The notes: generated by a model from the letters alone, not told the origin. A stretch of 62,761 bases of DNA, filler included, from Phoronis australis (GCA_002633005.1; 4 parts of 4 records of this genome joined end to end with filler, not necessarily neighbours in it); one strand, 5' to 3'; positions 14,430-27,202 are shown, counted from the whole stretch's first letter. A program made the numbers and translations.

Positions 14430-15140
14430 TTTGCAAAGAATGTTAATCCGGATCAGCGCTGTTCTGTTTCTGTTGGTGACGTCAGAGGGTAGGCACCGGG
14501 ATAGTCTCTGGCCCTCCTCCTTCCAGTATCGCACGCAATGTAAATTTGCAGATGCAACCAAGTTCGTGCTGGTTACACACTCTTCGATCTTTTCCCCTGA
14601 TACGAGTTTTTGCTGCATCTCCGTATTGCCATCCTCGCTCTATGAGGCGCTTTATTGCCCATCTCTCCTGCTGTTGTAAAATCTCGGCATCCTGTCTGTA
14701 CGCGATTCACGCACTCTGGAGATTATATCTGCTGGTGTAAAGAGCAGGTCGGCAATCGGTTCTGCGATGCCTGCAAGCTCATCCGCCTTGACTTTGAATG
14801 AGATTCCACAGTGTCCTGGTATAAACACGTGAAGAGACCATTAATAGAGCTGAACAGAGGGATCCAGGAATCTTTCACATGACCAGATTTTAGCCTGCTA
14901 ATGAGGCTGAGGAGTCTGTAAGTAGAAATGATCTGCCTGTAGGTGTTGTGTTCTGTCACAGTGAAAGCCAGACTAGGGCGTCTTCATATGCTTCACATTC
15001 AGATCATAAAGACGAGGATTTTCCAACCCGTGCTTTTGACTATTCGAAGAGGCGGTGACCCTCACGAGTCCAAGCAACTGCTACCCAAGCCGTAGTGTCA
15101 CCTCTTAGTGAGCCGTCCGTTGCAACAACGATTGTGGGAG
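14430..15140 (-). pseudogene. Decayed RNase H domain and 3' region of a non-LTR retrotransposon
   Basis: Manual - strand translation gives TIVVATDGS...SECEAYEDAL...LLTDS...FIPGHCGISFKVKADELA, i.e. the RNase HI D-E-D-D motifs, interrupted by stops and frameshifts. Confidence 0.75.
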
Positions 15141-15704
15141 ATTGTTCTTCAACTACTAAATTCACTGAAACATCACCATTTCTTAAAAGATTAGCTTCTA
15201 ATTTGCCAAAAATCAACTATGAATCTGTCAATTTTCGTAGATACATAAATATGTAAACCAGAAACCAACGAATGTGTTTAACTTAAAAACGGAATGTGGG
15301 TTATAAGCAAGTTCCTCAGGCATCGTGCTCGCAGAGTTTTGACGGGTAACCGGGTCAACATGGGAGATGGGTCATTCATATAGGATGTGTTTTTACTCAT
15401 TTCAGAGGTATTTATAACGGTTCACGAGTTATACTTGAATTCCAGGTATAGAGGGACATAGGGATAATTCCCACGAACCACCAAAGATGAAAGGCTAAAC
15501 ATCATTAAGCTCGACAGTTCATTCCATCGCCGTGTGACCCTGCAAGAAGTGATCTTCCTCAACATGAAAGAAAGTTGTACGATTTCACAAAAAACAGGAA
15601 AATAGAGGCAATGGATTCCAACATTGGGCTCTCTCGTCATGAGCGGCCTCAGCCTAAGAGTCTGACACTGTAAAAACACGAACGGGTCGGGGTGGCCACT
15701 TGAA

Positions 15705-15990
15705 CATAGGCGAACTTAGGGGGGGTCAGGCCCCCCGGATGATGCAAGCAAAATGAAACAGCAAGAGCGTAAAGCGTGAGGAAATAACGAGTTCAATAAC
15801 TAGGACCGGTATCGAATGAGAGGGGTGGGTGCTCGTGTTCCCGTTTTTTTAGTTTTTTAGTCCACCCGGTGGATAGATTTTCTGGACAGGAGGTCCATAT
15901 CCCCCGCCTGGGCACATGCAATGGCGCTTTGCCCAATTCTTCGAGGCAACATGTTGCCCGCCCCCTTATGGTATCCTAGGTCCGCCACTG
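15705..15990. mobile_element. hAT-like MITE with 5-bp TSD (TTGAA)
   Basis: Termini cataggcgaacttagg / cctaggtccgccactg; ttgaa on both sides. Confidence 0.75.
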
Positions 15991-17560
15991 TTGAATGTCA
16001 TCAATTACCCCCTGCAAGGGCTGGGCCCCTAAATATAAAAAATCCATATTTTCAAAATCATGAAATGCGCAGCAATTGATCAATCTGTCGATCAGGCCAT
16101 CAATTTTTCTCGAAGCTGAAGAAAGCGGAGTTGACGAAATCGTAAACTGCTACTCGTCACATGACAAACCCTTATACCTCTGACGCGACCGACGTTAATT
16201 AAGATGTCTGAGTTTTTTATTGTACATTGGCCAAAACGATCCATCATTGGAAATGTACAAAAACGAAAAAAAATGTCTAAGTTTTTGTAGCAGTCATTGT
16301 TCAAGGTACTTTGTTGACTCGTGGCTTCGTGACTCTAATTGTTGTAATGCTGTCCTCACAGACACCGATTTCCTTGCCGGCGAGTCTACGGATTGCCAAA
16401 TAGTCACAGTGGCGACGCCAATCGCCAGCATCCGTAAATAAGGTTACGCAACGTGAACTCGCAGACGCTTGTGATGTTCCGTAAAAGGAGAGGCATTTTT
16501 GTTACGTCAAATAACAAGCAAATCGCAGCAATAGCATGCCATGCATAAAGCAGTCTGCGAGAGTAGAACCTCTGACGCAAAAGTGATACACGTTGACCAT
16601 TTCAGCATGCACGTGGTAGATAAATGTTTTTATTGAGCTGTCTTACAACACTTCATTTGTCCATCTTATCAGAGATTAGTATTTTTTACCTTACTTATGT
16701 TTAGTCACTACCTATTACTTGTAATTGTATAAGTCATATAACTGACCTTACTTGTAATTGTATTAGTCATAATAAATGACCTTATATCGCCTATATTGGC
16801 TGTACTGACTAGCATCTAATCAAAACCAAAGCGGGCAGAGAAAAAATTAAGAAAATCGTTATAGCGTGCACATAAACTTCTGGTCAAAAGCGCCGATTTA
16901 ATTCTTTCTCCTCTTCCTGCTGTTTATGCTTATGTTTATTTTGATGAAACCTTAAGCACTGTGGCCCATGAGTATTTTCCAGGTTCTTTTATACTTGCAA
17001 AATTAAAATTCAAGTCAGCTGTACACTCAAGTCGCACTGTTATTAAGTAACCACGAGCCCAAATAGCCATGATAATATCAAAATCTGAATGGAATCAGCA
17101 CTATAATAGCGACTTCGTTTTGACTCTTTTAGCGCACATTTTGGGGACGTTAGTGCTTGGCCTCCTATTTCATATGATGATATGAGGCAATGCTTGACCG
17201 GTAAGCATATGCAAGTCTCGCGACACCCAAAATCAAAATATTACTTGTTATTGTAAAAAACAGAAGGTGAGCTTTTTCAGATGTGGACCCCATTCCCCGG
17301 CGACTACATGACTGGAAAATTGGAATACCCACCCATTTATAGAGAGGACTAGAATAAAGGGATATAAATGGCGCATTTTTGGAGAGAGCTTCCATGCAAA
17401 AATTGCCCTCACACAGAGTTGGTCCTGAAATACCACCATTCCATGAAACTGAATTCGCAGACTTCTTGGAAAGATGTCTTTATAACCCAGGATTACCTGA
17501 AACAACACAAGAAGGTGGCACGTTGTCAGTATGTGCCATCATAATGTAGCAGCGTGCACA

Positions 17561-17725
17561 GGAGAACGTGTGGTTCAGTGGTGAGAGCTCTGGACTACTG
17601 TTTGGGAGCATTGCACAGAACTGTCTACTCCTCTGAGCTCGATTTTGCTAGTGAATGTATGCAAGGTAATGAATGAGAACCTGGATATAATGCAAAAGCG
17701 ATTTCTGAGCTGCTGTCATATTTTT
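17561..17725 (+). mobile_element. Possible truncated tRNA-derived SINE
   Basis: ggagaacgtgtggttcagtggtgagagctctggact resembles a tRNA 5' half with an A-box (TGGTTCAGTGG). No clear B-box. Confidence 0.35.
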
Positions 17726-17982
17726 ACAGCATACACATTGCCGGACTCGACACATACTGACGTCCCCTTGGAGGTGACAATACGTCAGTGTCGACGTTGA
17801 CGGCATATGTTGTCGCACTCGGAATATATTGTTGCCCGGACGACAATTGTGTCGCATGCAACAGTACACAGTCATAACACACGTGTCGTATTCCTCTTCT
17901 ATTTGAGTATTACACCATGACTCAGTCAAAACTTTTTCATCACTGTAGCCCCAGTGCTGACCTCGTTCGTAACTCCTGAAAT

Positions 17983-19794
17983 TTAGGGAGCTACATAAGA
18001 TTTACAAAAGCAAAATTTTCTGAGATTAAAATCGTCCGTAATGCAACTAGACGTATCTCCGTATGAATTGATGCGACTGATGTCGCCCATAACTCGGAAT
18101 TTACCATCCTCGTACCGTACGGTTGCTTGGAATTGACCACCGCCAGGCTGGGTCTGAATGGTGATGAGATATAACATAAAAGGCATGTGCATATTATGCC
18201 AGTTGCTGTCGTAACAGACATTCTTCAACGTACAACTTTTGGAGTAAGTCTGGTCGTGGACAGAAGTTGAAGCATCGATGATTTTTGTTATATCTTGTTT
18301 AAGACAAAGGTCTTTCCTTTCACTACTTAACTGATTAATACGGTTCAGTAATGCATTGCTTGCCTGGACAACATTCGAGTCGGTAACTTTTACTTTCATT
18401 TCTTCGCGACATGAGCAAAAATGAATAGGGATGCCGGCATCTGAGCAAGTCCTGTTATTTGGAATGTTTTCAAAAAGACTGATGCCATATTCGCTTGGTT
18501 TGTCATACTCACATCCAACACACAAATCTCGCAACATTTGATGTACGTCAAAAGGTGTCGCCAACATATGTTGGTTTCTTCTTAATGCTTTGTCATAAGC
18601 AGGGTATTTAGTGCCAAACCACGGCGGAAAAGCCATAAAAATCATGGGCAAATTTTCCTCGTAACGACCCACGTATGTCGATCGGATGTCACCATAACGC
18701 ATACCATGGTCTCCGAATATAATAACCACAGTATTGTTGATAATGTTGGATTCCTTGATGTAGCGCACAAATTCTGTATATTCTGCATCAGTTTTACCAA
18801 CTGCGTTGATATCATCGTGCGACACGTAGGTATTAAAAGCAAAACCGAAGAATGAAATGTTTGCCGCGTGGTACGTGGTTGCAAATTGTCTTACATAGTC
18901 CAAAGTCCATTTGTGAAGGCCCTGTCGTCCGCAGCACCAAATTGGACTTATTCTATAAAGAAAAGACGCTTCGAGCTCAAGCGACATCGGTCGGTAATAG
19001 TGATGAGTAGGAAATTTCGAAAATCCTCTCTTCAAATAGTTGAATATCGAGCCATAGGTAGCATCCTCAGCGTACAAACTAGCGTATCGTTTCGACATGA
19101 ACCTTTTCCAAATAAATGGTTGGTCGTCAAAAAATTGCGACATATTCCAGTCTACTTCGCTTATAGCTTTACCCATAGTGAGAGGACATACATTTAAAAA
19201 CGTATTGTCGCCAACCCGGTTGTACCCCTTCAGTTCTATTCCCAGCATATCCTGAAGCATGTATTCTCTAAGCTTTGTAAGTTGCCGGTGTCCGTTCAGT
19301 CTAGACATAGAGTCAAGTCCGATCATGAGAATATTTAATTCCTCGTCAATTTTATTTCTCTTAATCTTGAAGTCTGGCTTAGGCGTGGGCAAAATATTCA
19401 TCCTGTCCTTGTACTTGAAATAATTACCGATGTATGTTTGTGTAAGAAAGTCCTCGTATATTATATGCGTGTCATTACTGCAAGCCACGTACACAAAGTC
19501 TTCTTGCATGTCAACACCTTCATTATAAGATAACGGCAAATAGACTGGAGCACCCCTGACCCAGCTGGAATCGTCATCTCGAACGAAACCGCGCTTTATA
19601 GGGTGATATTCACATTCAACTTCCGATATCATTTGACGAAGCTCTTGTGTCGGTGACAACACACCTTTGTCAAGATAGATAAGTTTCGGGTAGCTCATAC
19701 AAGATAACGGCATGGTCTCTTTCCTAACATATCTCTTGATGGAGGCGTGCCAAGGGTCAACGTCGACAATCCGACAGGACGGAGTGTACACCAC
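17983..19794 (-). CDS. DUF229-family protein (alkaline phosphatase/sulfatase-like superfamily)
   Basis: 603-aa uninterrupted ORF with family motifs GLDSMSR, GYNRVGDNTFLN, SHDD, FGDHGMRYG, EENLP, TPFDVH, NRTCSDAGIPIHFCSC and terminal KFCFC. The true N-terminus is uncertain (GTG start, in-frame stop just upstream). Confidence 0.9.
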   Translation of the reverse strand: MVYTPSCRIVDVDPWHASIKRYVRKETMPLSCMSYPKLIYLDKGVLSPTQELRQMISEVECEYHPIKRGFVRDDDSSWVRGAPVYLPLSYNEGVDMQEDFVYVACSNDTHIIYEDFLTQTYIGNYFKYKDRMNILPTPKPDFKIKRNKIDEELNILMIGLDSMSRLNGHRQLTKLREYMLQDMLGIELKGYNRVGDNTFLNVCPLTMGKAISEVDWNMSQFFDDQPFIWKRFMSKRYASLYAEDATYGSIFNYLKRGFSKFPTHHYYRPMSLELEASFLYRISPIWCCGRQGLHKWTLDYVRQFATTYHAANISFFGFAFNTYVSHDDINAVGKTDAEYTEFVRYIKESNIINNTVVIIFGDHGMRYGDIRSTYVGRYEENLPMIFMAFPPWFGTKYPAYDKALRRNQHMLATPFDVHQMLRDLCVGCEYDKPSEYGISLFENIPNNRTCSDAGIPIHFCSCREEMKVKVTDSNVVQASNALLNRINQLSSERKDLCLKQDITKIIDASTSVHDQTYSKSCTLKNVCYDSNWHNMHMPFMLYLITIQTQPGGGQFQATVRYEDGKFRVMGDISRINSYGDTSSCITDDFNLRKFCFCKSYVAP

Positions 19795-20564
19795 GTACGC
19801 AGTATCAGGAAATATTTCGAAACATCAAAATTACATAAGCCTGACGTTCATTGATACACCTCAACAACCTCTTCACATCGTGTGCGTCAGTGCAATATTG
19901 GTTAGTTTCAGCAAGACGTTATCGTATATATCTACTATGACTGATACCACATTAAGTTTTCATTAAAAGTATGTTAAAGTCTGTTTTGTCCTATTACCAG
20001 ATATCAACAACTTTCCCATACAGCTCTCCAAAAAGAAAATAATGCTCCGAAACATTCGTCAACTTTCAACAGTTTGGAGGAAATTTTGAAATCTTGAAAA
20101 GTCCACTAAATTGCCATGCGTGATATATACGCTTTGGGTGAGATAGAGGGCAACTACAGAAAATAATACCCATCCAGAACCAAAAATATGCATTCTTTGA
20201 CACCGTGACGTGTATGTGTTTTAATTTAATATCACTTTAATCCCCATTCCAGAAAAAAAAAATTCAGCTATGAAGTCATCTGAACACTACTGATCACTAC
20301 TCATCAACAGAAAGTGGTCCATCCAACGAGAAGTTGAAGGCTGTACTTATGATTTTTAACAGCATTATCACCAGCGGTCAAATTATAACTATAACCGATC
20401 ATATCTACTTTCGTACAGCAACTTAATTAAAAAAATTCTAAGACTTATTCCCAAGAACAGTTGAGCTTGGTCTGTTATTGTTTGTGCATTCGAATCACAA
20501 TTTTGTTACGTTTTCGTTACTAAAATTTTTTGTAAACTAGAAAAATACGTTAGTCAAACCATAA

Positions 20565-23500
20565 TGGAGCATACCCCAGAGTCTCCCGAGGTGGGGAGGA
20601 TGAGAGACTCACAACGGCGGATCAAACAGAAACGACTTTGCAACGACCAAAGACGTTGAAACAGTTGTCACTGACAGGAGGTGTTGTGGAAGGAGCAGTA
20701 TGTAGTTGTGGAAAGGTGTGCAAGAACATCCGTGGCTTACGTATCCACCGATCACGGTCGCGGTGTGGTTATCAGGAGAATCAAGAGCAATACGCAGAGG
20801 TCCCCTTTGGCTCTGGTGAGACGTTGGATGTACCCAGACAGGATGAACCCCACAGGGCTCGGAGTCTCCCAGGCGATGAGCCTTCAGATAACGACCCTGT
20901 GTTCCTGGAAGAAGACACGTCAGGGCAAGTTAGAATTCCACCACGCCCAAGAAGGAAGAGAGTGAAATGGCCAAAGGTAGCGGACGAAGCAGCATGGAAG
21001 ACTTTTGATGAGGATGTGCACAACATCATGAAGACAACTTTGATGGGCAGCGTAGAGAAGAAGATTGAGAGTTTCACCAAAATCATATACAACGTGGCTC
21101 TAAAGCGCTTTGGTGCACAGGAAGAGCGAACAAGAGCACTACGGCAGGAAGTCTCCAGGGGTAATAGACGGGAACGGCGTATCAAGGAGATACGATCTGA
21201 ACTAAGATCACTTGGGAAGGCTTTTTGCAGAGCCCAGGAACACGAGAAGGCCGGGTTGCAGTGGCTTGGAGACGACTTACAATATGAGCTCAGGCGCCTG
21301 CAGAATGCAGATAGGTTACGTAGAGCCAAGAAGGAAAGAGCTAAGCGCAGGTCTCAGTTTGTCAAGGACCCCTTCTGATTTACAAAGACCTTACTGGGGG
21401 AAGAGAGATCAGGCGAGTTGCAGTCAAGCAAGGAAGAGATAAAGGGACATCTTAACGCAGCTCATGGAGACGACAGACTAGATGTGCCTCAAGGAGTGTG
21501 CTCGAGAGTGGAGGCTGTTGATAGGCCAGAGAGCGATCTAGACATGAAAGAACCTACGTGGAAGGAGCTGCTGCAGGTGGTGAAGAAAGCTCGATCGGGT
21601 TCAGCCCCAGATCCAAGTGGCATCCCGTACAAGGCCTATAGAAGTGTCCCTTGCTGCTAAGGCAGCTTTGGCTGATTCTAAGAAGAATATGGAGAAAGAG
21701 CAAGATACCAACTGGCTGGAAGGTTGCAGAGGGGTGCTTTGCGCCTAAGGAGAAGGATTTTGCTACGATTGACCAGTTTAGAACAATATCATTGCTGAGT
21801 GTAGAAGGCAAAATGTTCTTTGGGATCCTTGCTAGGCGGATGACATCCTATCTCTTAGACAACAAATACATGCACACATCTGTCCAAAAGGGAGGAATTC
21901 TTGGTTTCTCAGGCTGTGTGGAACATATGAGTGACTTGAGCTTGCTGATTAGGGAGGCCAAGTCGCAGAGGAATGACCTGACATGTGTTCAGCTGGACTC
22001 AGCTAATGCCTATGGTTCCATTCCCCACCAGTTGATCAAAACAGCGTTAGAGTTCTATCACGTTCCGCCTGCTCACAGATTATTTTCGAGGAATTCAGTT
22101 GAGGTTTACTGCAGGTGCCATCATTACAGACTGGATCAAGCTAGAAAGAGGCATAGTATCTGGGTGTAGCATCTCTCTACTCTGTTCATCATGGGGATGA
22201 ATTTTCTGATAAAGACCAGAGAAAGGGAATGTAGGGGTGCGAGGCTACTGTCCGGTATCGTGGTACCAGTCATTAGAGCATTTATGAACGACTTGACAAT
22301 AACTACGGTGACGCACGTGCAAGCTCGGTGGGTTTAGTCAGCACTAGATGACGTTGCAACGTGGGCTGGTATGAAGTTTAAGACCAGGAAGTCGACAGTT
22401 CTGATCATTAGAGGTGGAAAAGTGGTCAACATATTCACCTTGACCATTCAATGCGAAGAAATTCCATCAATTGTTAACAACCCCATCAAGTGCCTAGGTA
22501 AATGGTACGATGATCTCCTGTGCGACAAGAACAACATTAAGCAGATGGAGACCCAGGTGACAGAGTGGTTGAAGAGAATAGATAAAAGTGGTATTCCTGG
22601 CAATTACAAAGCGTAGATGTACTACCACGGCCTGTTACCTCGTGCAACGTGGGGTCTTATGCTGTACGACATCCCGATATCGGCAGTGGAGTGCCTGGAG
22701 GGAACAGTAAGCAAGTGGCTGAGAAAGTGGTTGGGAGTCCCAAGAAGGTTCACACAGGTCTTTACAGCATAACGGCAGAGCTTCATCTGCCACCAGAGTC
22801 AATTACGGAGGAGTTTAAAGTAGGAAAGTGTAGACTGGTACTCACATTACGCGACTCTAGAGATCCGAAGGTGAGGGAGGCAGGTGTCATGACGAGATCA
22901 GGTAGACGGTGGTCAGCAGACACATCTGTGAGCCAGGCGGAGAGTTTGTTACAGATCAGAGATATAATCGGGAGCACTTGCGTAGGACGCCAGGGGTTGG
23001 GGACATCTCTGTTCCAACAGTGGGAGAGGGCGAGTGAGAGGCAGCGGAAGGAGATGGTCCAAGCTGAGGTGACAGCATCAGAGGAGGAAGCCCGGAAAGC
23101 CAAGGCAGTCCAACTGAGCCAGCAGGGAGCATGGACCAGGTGGAATCTTTCAGAGAGGAAGATATCTTGGGCAGACATGTGGAGAATGGAGCCCATGCGT
23201 GTTCAGTTTTTACTTCGCTCGGTTTACGACGTGTTACCATCGTCTGCGAACCTTCTTGGCTAGGGCCTAGTGGACGACCCAGCCTGCCAGTTGTGTGGAG
23301 GAACAGGAACATTGGCCCACATCTTATCAGCGTGCACGATTTCACTTCAGCAGGGCCGATACAGACGGCGTCAGGACCAAGTACTGAAGACCCTTGCAGA
23401 CATTATAGAGGATGAGCGTAAGACAAGAGCAACTCAGCCTTGGGCAAGCAGCCAACACATTCAATTCGTCAGGGCAGGTGAGATACGGAAGAAATCGCGT

Positions 23501-24180
23501 CAGCAGCCTTGAATCCTGGATGGGGTAAGCTGGGAATTGAGAGTAGATCTGGGAAGAAAGCTTGTGTTTCCGAGTATTGTTGAAACATCACTGCGGCCTG
23601 ACATTATTCTGTGGTCGGATATTCATCAGTGTATAGTGTTTATAGAGCTTACGGTGCTTTGGGAGGAAGGATGCGAAGAGGCCCATGAGAGGAAGTTATC
23701 TAAGTATAGCGAGCTGGCGGAGACATGCAGAGCTCGGGGCTGGCGGACGTGGTTGTTTTCTGTAGAAGTGTGATGTAGAGGATTCCATGCAAGATATGTA
23801 TGGTGGTTGCTGGAGAAGCTCAGTGTGCTCGGTGATCAGGAAGAAAACGTGCAATGAGAAGACTGGGTGAGACAGTTGAGAGGACATCTTGTTGGCTGTG
23901 GTATCGTCGGAATGAAGGAAGTTGGAGGCCTCAGTGATGCACAGTGGGTTGGCCGCCACTCTGGACCCACCAGTGGAGACCGTTATGGTTCAGGGTCGAA
24001 ACGAGTCAAGGAAGCTGGATGCCATCTGAAGACATCAAGCTACGGCTTCAACTAGTTAGTGTTCGGCGGGATGAAGAGAATTCTGGTTCAGCTGTTACGA
24101 AGAAGGGGCGACAAGATCTCAGACTGTATAGAAGCCTGACAACTAGTGTGGCAGATAACATCACTGTAAGTACACATAGT
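20565..24180 (+). mobile_element. Degenerate near-full-length RLE-type non-LTR retrotransposon (Hero-like)
   Basis: ORF fragments in order: zinc finger CSCGKVCKNIRGLRIH; RT (FRTISLLSVEGK, QKGG, D..NAYGSIPH, FMND in place of FMDD); CCHC knuckle CQLCG..GTLAHILSAC; PD-(D/E)xK endonuclease LRPDIILW..IELTVLWEE. Many stops and frameshifts. Boundaries are approximate. Confidence 0.9.
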
Positions 24181-25497
24181 TTGTCACCATGCTCAGTCTA
24201 TCAGCGTGCTCAAGTGCTGGTCATTGCTCCTTTCATTTTATCGTCGCGTAATGCCTTTGAACGTTGTTCAAGAATTTCTTCAAAAACTGGTGTCCGTGAA
24301 TGGTTGTTTTTGGTCAAGTCAAATAGCATGTTTTGGTCGAATCTTGGTTTTATCACTCAAATGAGAGGCCAAATTGTACGTTAGCAGGGAGAGAACGAGG
24401 AATGGTATCCTTATAGCATATATTTTCTTATCCATACTTTTCTAGAACTGCCTAACGCAATTTCGCAGTGATTCAACAGGGGCGACGGGGACTACGCTTG
24501 AGAGGCCACGTGAAGATGGCCACTCAAACTATGTTGGGATATAACGCATGGCGAATTTTAATGAAGAAAATGTGAGGGATAAATTCATGTAACAACAACG
24601 TCCCAGAGTGATGCCCCAAGCTAAAAAAGTCTTAGTGTCTAGAATTAGTGAAGAGCGACAAATACGATTAAATGCTTAAACTCTTTCAAAGTATTCTTTA
24701 GACTTAGTACTTTCACAGTGATCGATATCAACTGAGTATCGATCGATAGTCCGTGAAGGTTCATAATTCCCCAAATCCATAAGTAAGTCTATAAACGCAG
24801 GTATTTCAAAAATAAGGCCCGTTAAGTTCCAATGTTCATATATCCGACAAAGCGTTCGATGTTCCGAAACAAGCCCGAAGGTCCACACGTCTGGAGATTC
24901 ACACGTCAGGCTTCAAAAGCCCGAATGTCCAAATTTACGTCCAAATGTTCAAACATCTGACCATAAATCCGAAGGTTCACTCGTCTGACGGTTCCGAAGC
25001 TGTATTTGTCCACAACTGTAAGAAACTTTTTGGATCCTCCGGGGACACTATTGTGTTGTAATAAAGTTCCACGATCTTCAAATTTTTATACCGTCAAGCG
25101 GATAAAACACGAAGTTTTTCAATCGACTAACAACGACATTGCTGTTGACAATACCCATCGCTACACTGCCTAGTCCAACAAGTGTCTCGAGGCGAGGTGC
25201 TCCCGCTGAAAATACACGGCGAAATCTCCAGGAGTCTCTCAAGATCTTTCCTTTCTAAGTAAAAAATGAAAAATTAGGCAATGTAGAAACAAGTGAATTA
25301 AAACACTTTAAAATCCGGTAAAACAGATATTAAAAACACTATATTTCGAGCCTTATGGGCCGGTGCGGCTTTTCATCAAGTAAGGGAACACGCATGTGCC
25401 CCGTCACCCAGAGAATTTATACCTTTCGGTCACAGCCAAATGCCTCCATCCTATATTAACATCCCAAACTTGCCACTGTTTTCCCTGAACCGCCTGT

Positions 25498-25597
25498 NNN
25501 NNNNNNNNNNNNNNNNNNNNNNNNNNNNNNNNNNNNNNNNNTTAATTAATTAANNNNNNNNNNNNNNNNNNNNNNNNNNNNNNNNNNNNNNNNNNNN
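25498..25597. other. Artificial scaffold linker (N44-TTAATTAATTAA-N44); also at 49032-49131 and 53207-53306
   Basis: The same 100-nt pattern, with a six-frame stop 12-mer, occurs three times. Confidence 0.95.
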
Positions 25598-25975
25598 CGT
25601 ACCGTCCTTGACCTCGAGCGGCAACCGATGGACGTGCGCGGGGGTTTTTTGTGAACATTTTTGTTCTTTGACGGCGAATTTCTTACGAAGTCGCCGGAAC
25701 AGGACACCGTGAATGGTATTGGGAGAAAGAACGATTCTTCATGGTTTGTTGAACCCCTGTTTTGTGTAAATTTATTGAGTTTTATGTTTGCTATGGACGG
25801 CTGAAGTGAAGCACCCGTGGAATTTCTAGTCGAGAGTGTCCTACCTTGTAGTATTATATGTAGTGTATTGGTGACGATCAGAAGCTGAGGACGCCTGTGG
25901 TTAATTCCATAAAGTCTGAATACAAGTCAACTATCGATACAAAATTATGAAAATATGATTCTCCTGTAATTCTTA

Positions 25976-26245
<270 letters not shown>

Positions 26246-26295
26246 CTATAGATAGGGACTGCCAACATAGACTATAGTACATGGACCGCGACAGG

Positions 26296-26410
26296 TGTCA
26301 CGGGAAAAACCTTTGCCGGGAAAAACCTTTGCTAAGGCACCTTAGTGCGCATGCGCGGAAATGGGCAAATCTTTTCCCGTCGTCGAGACGGGAAAAACCT
26401 TTGCTCTGGT
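26296..26410 (+). mobile_element. Ginger-like transposon terminus
   Basis: cagg|TGTCA start, tandem 16-mer cgggaaaaacctttgc, GCGCATGCGC, then a third copy of the 16-mer. Same layout as 56270-56372. Confidence 0.45.
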
Positions 26411-26745
26411 TGAGCCTTATTGCGTGTGTTTTAAAATTTAATCAAATGTTAATGCGGTGTTTGTAGATTTAATATTGCAACTATTTACTGCTCTTATGTT
26501 TCAAGTGTTGGCTTATTTTGTGGTAATTTAAGGACAACGAGGGCATATCGTAGTGCTACGGGAGTGTCTCGGGAAATATAGTCAGTGTACATTTGCCATA
26601 TTACGCCTTTACGGCTAGTCAAAGTTCGTTTAATAATAGTGGTCAAGACTGAAGCTCAAGTGTCGGGAAATATCTTTGCTCTGCGAAGTGCATTCTATGG
26701 GCAGCGAAAAGGTTCAAAATAGACAACACTGCCAAATAAACAAGT

Positions 26746-27055
26746 TAGTTTTCAAACAGACAGGTTATTTGGTTCAGTTTTGGCAAATAGACAGGTTATT
26801 TGGTTAAATTTCGACAAACAGACAGGTTATTTGGTTAAATTTCGACAAACAGACAGGTTATTTCGTTAAATTTCGACAAACAGACAGGTTATTTAGCGAA
26901 CGAACAAGTTAGTTGCGCCGAACAGACAGGTTACTCGGGCCGAACGAACAGGTTACTTGTCGAACGAACAGGTCACTTCTAACAAACAGACAGGTTAGTC
27001 ATCGAATGAACATGTTGGTCTTGCCAAACAGACGTAGTAGTCGAACAGACAGGAC
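26746..27055 (+). repeat. Left subterminal repeat array (31-bp units, AACAGACAGGT core)
   Basis: aaacagacaggttatttggttaaatttcgac occurs about 4 times, followed by shorter degenerate cores. Mirrored by acttgtctgttt repeats at 44790-44980. Confidence 0.9.
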
Positions 27056-27202
27056 AGATGGCGCTGTTCCAACTCAAGAAATACGGTTGACGTCACGAAG
27101 TCATGAGCCCCGCAATGAGCACAAAAATTCCAAAAAGTTGTTATTGGTGATCTGTTGCAGTGAAGACTGAAATTCGTTCATAGGACTGTTCTCAATTTGT
27201 CA

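Noticed and set aside
20781-23345. Antisense ORFs of 129-182 aa over the retrotransposon
   Set aside because: Shadow frames of the + strand Hero coding sequence with no recognisable motifs.
25542-25553. TTAATTAATTAA islands inside N runs (also 49076 and 53251) as a biological repeat or piggyBac target
   Set aside because: The identical N44-12mer-N44 format marks an assembly linker.
26746-27055. Regularly spaced repeats as a CRISPR array
   Set aside because: The spacers are near-identical, there are no cas genes, the context is eukaryotic, and the array is mirrored at the other TIR, so these are subterminal repeats.
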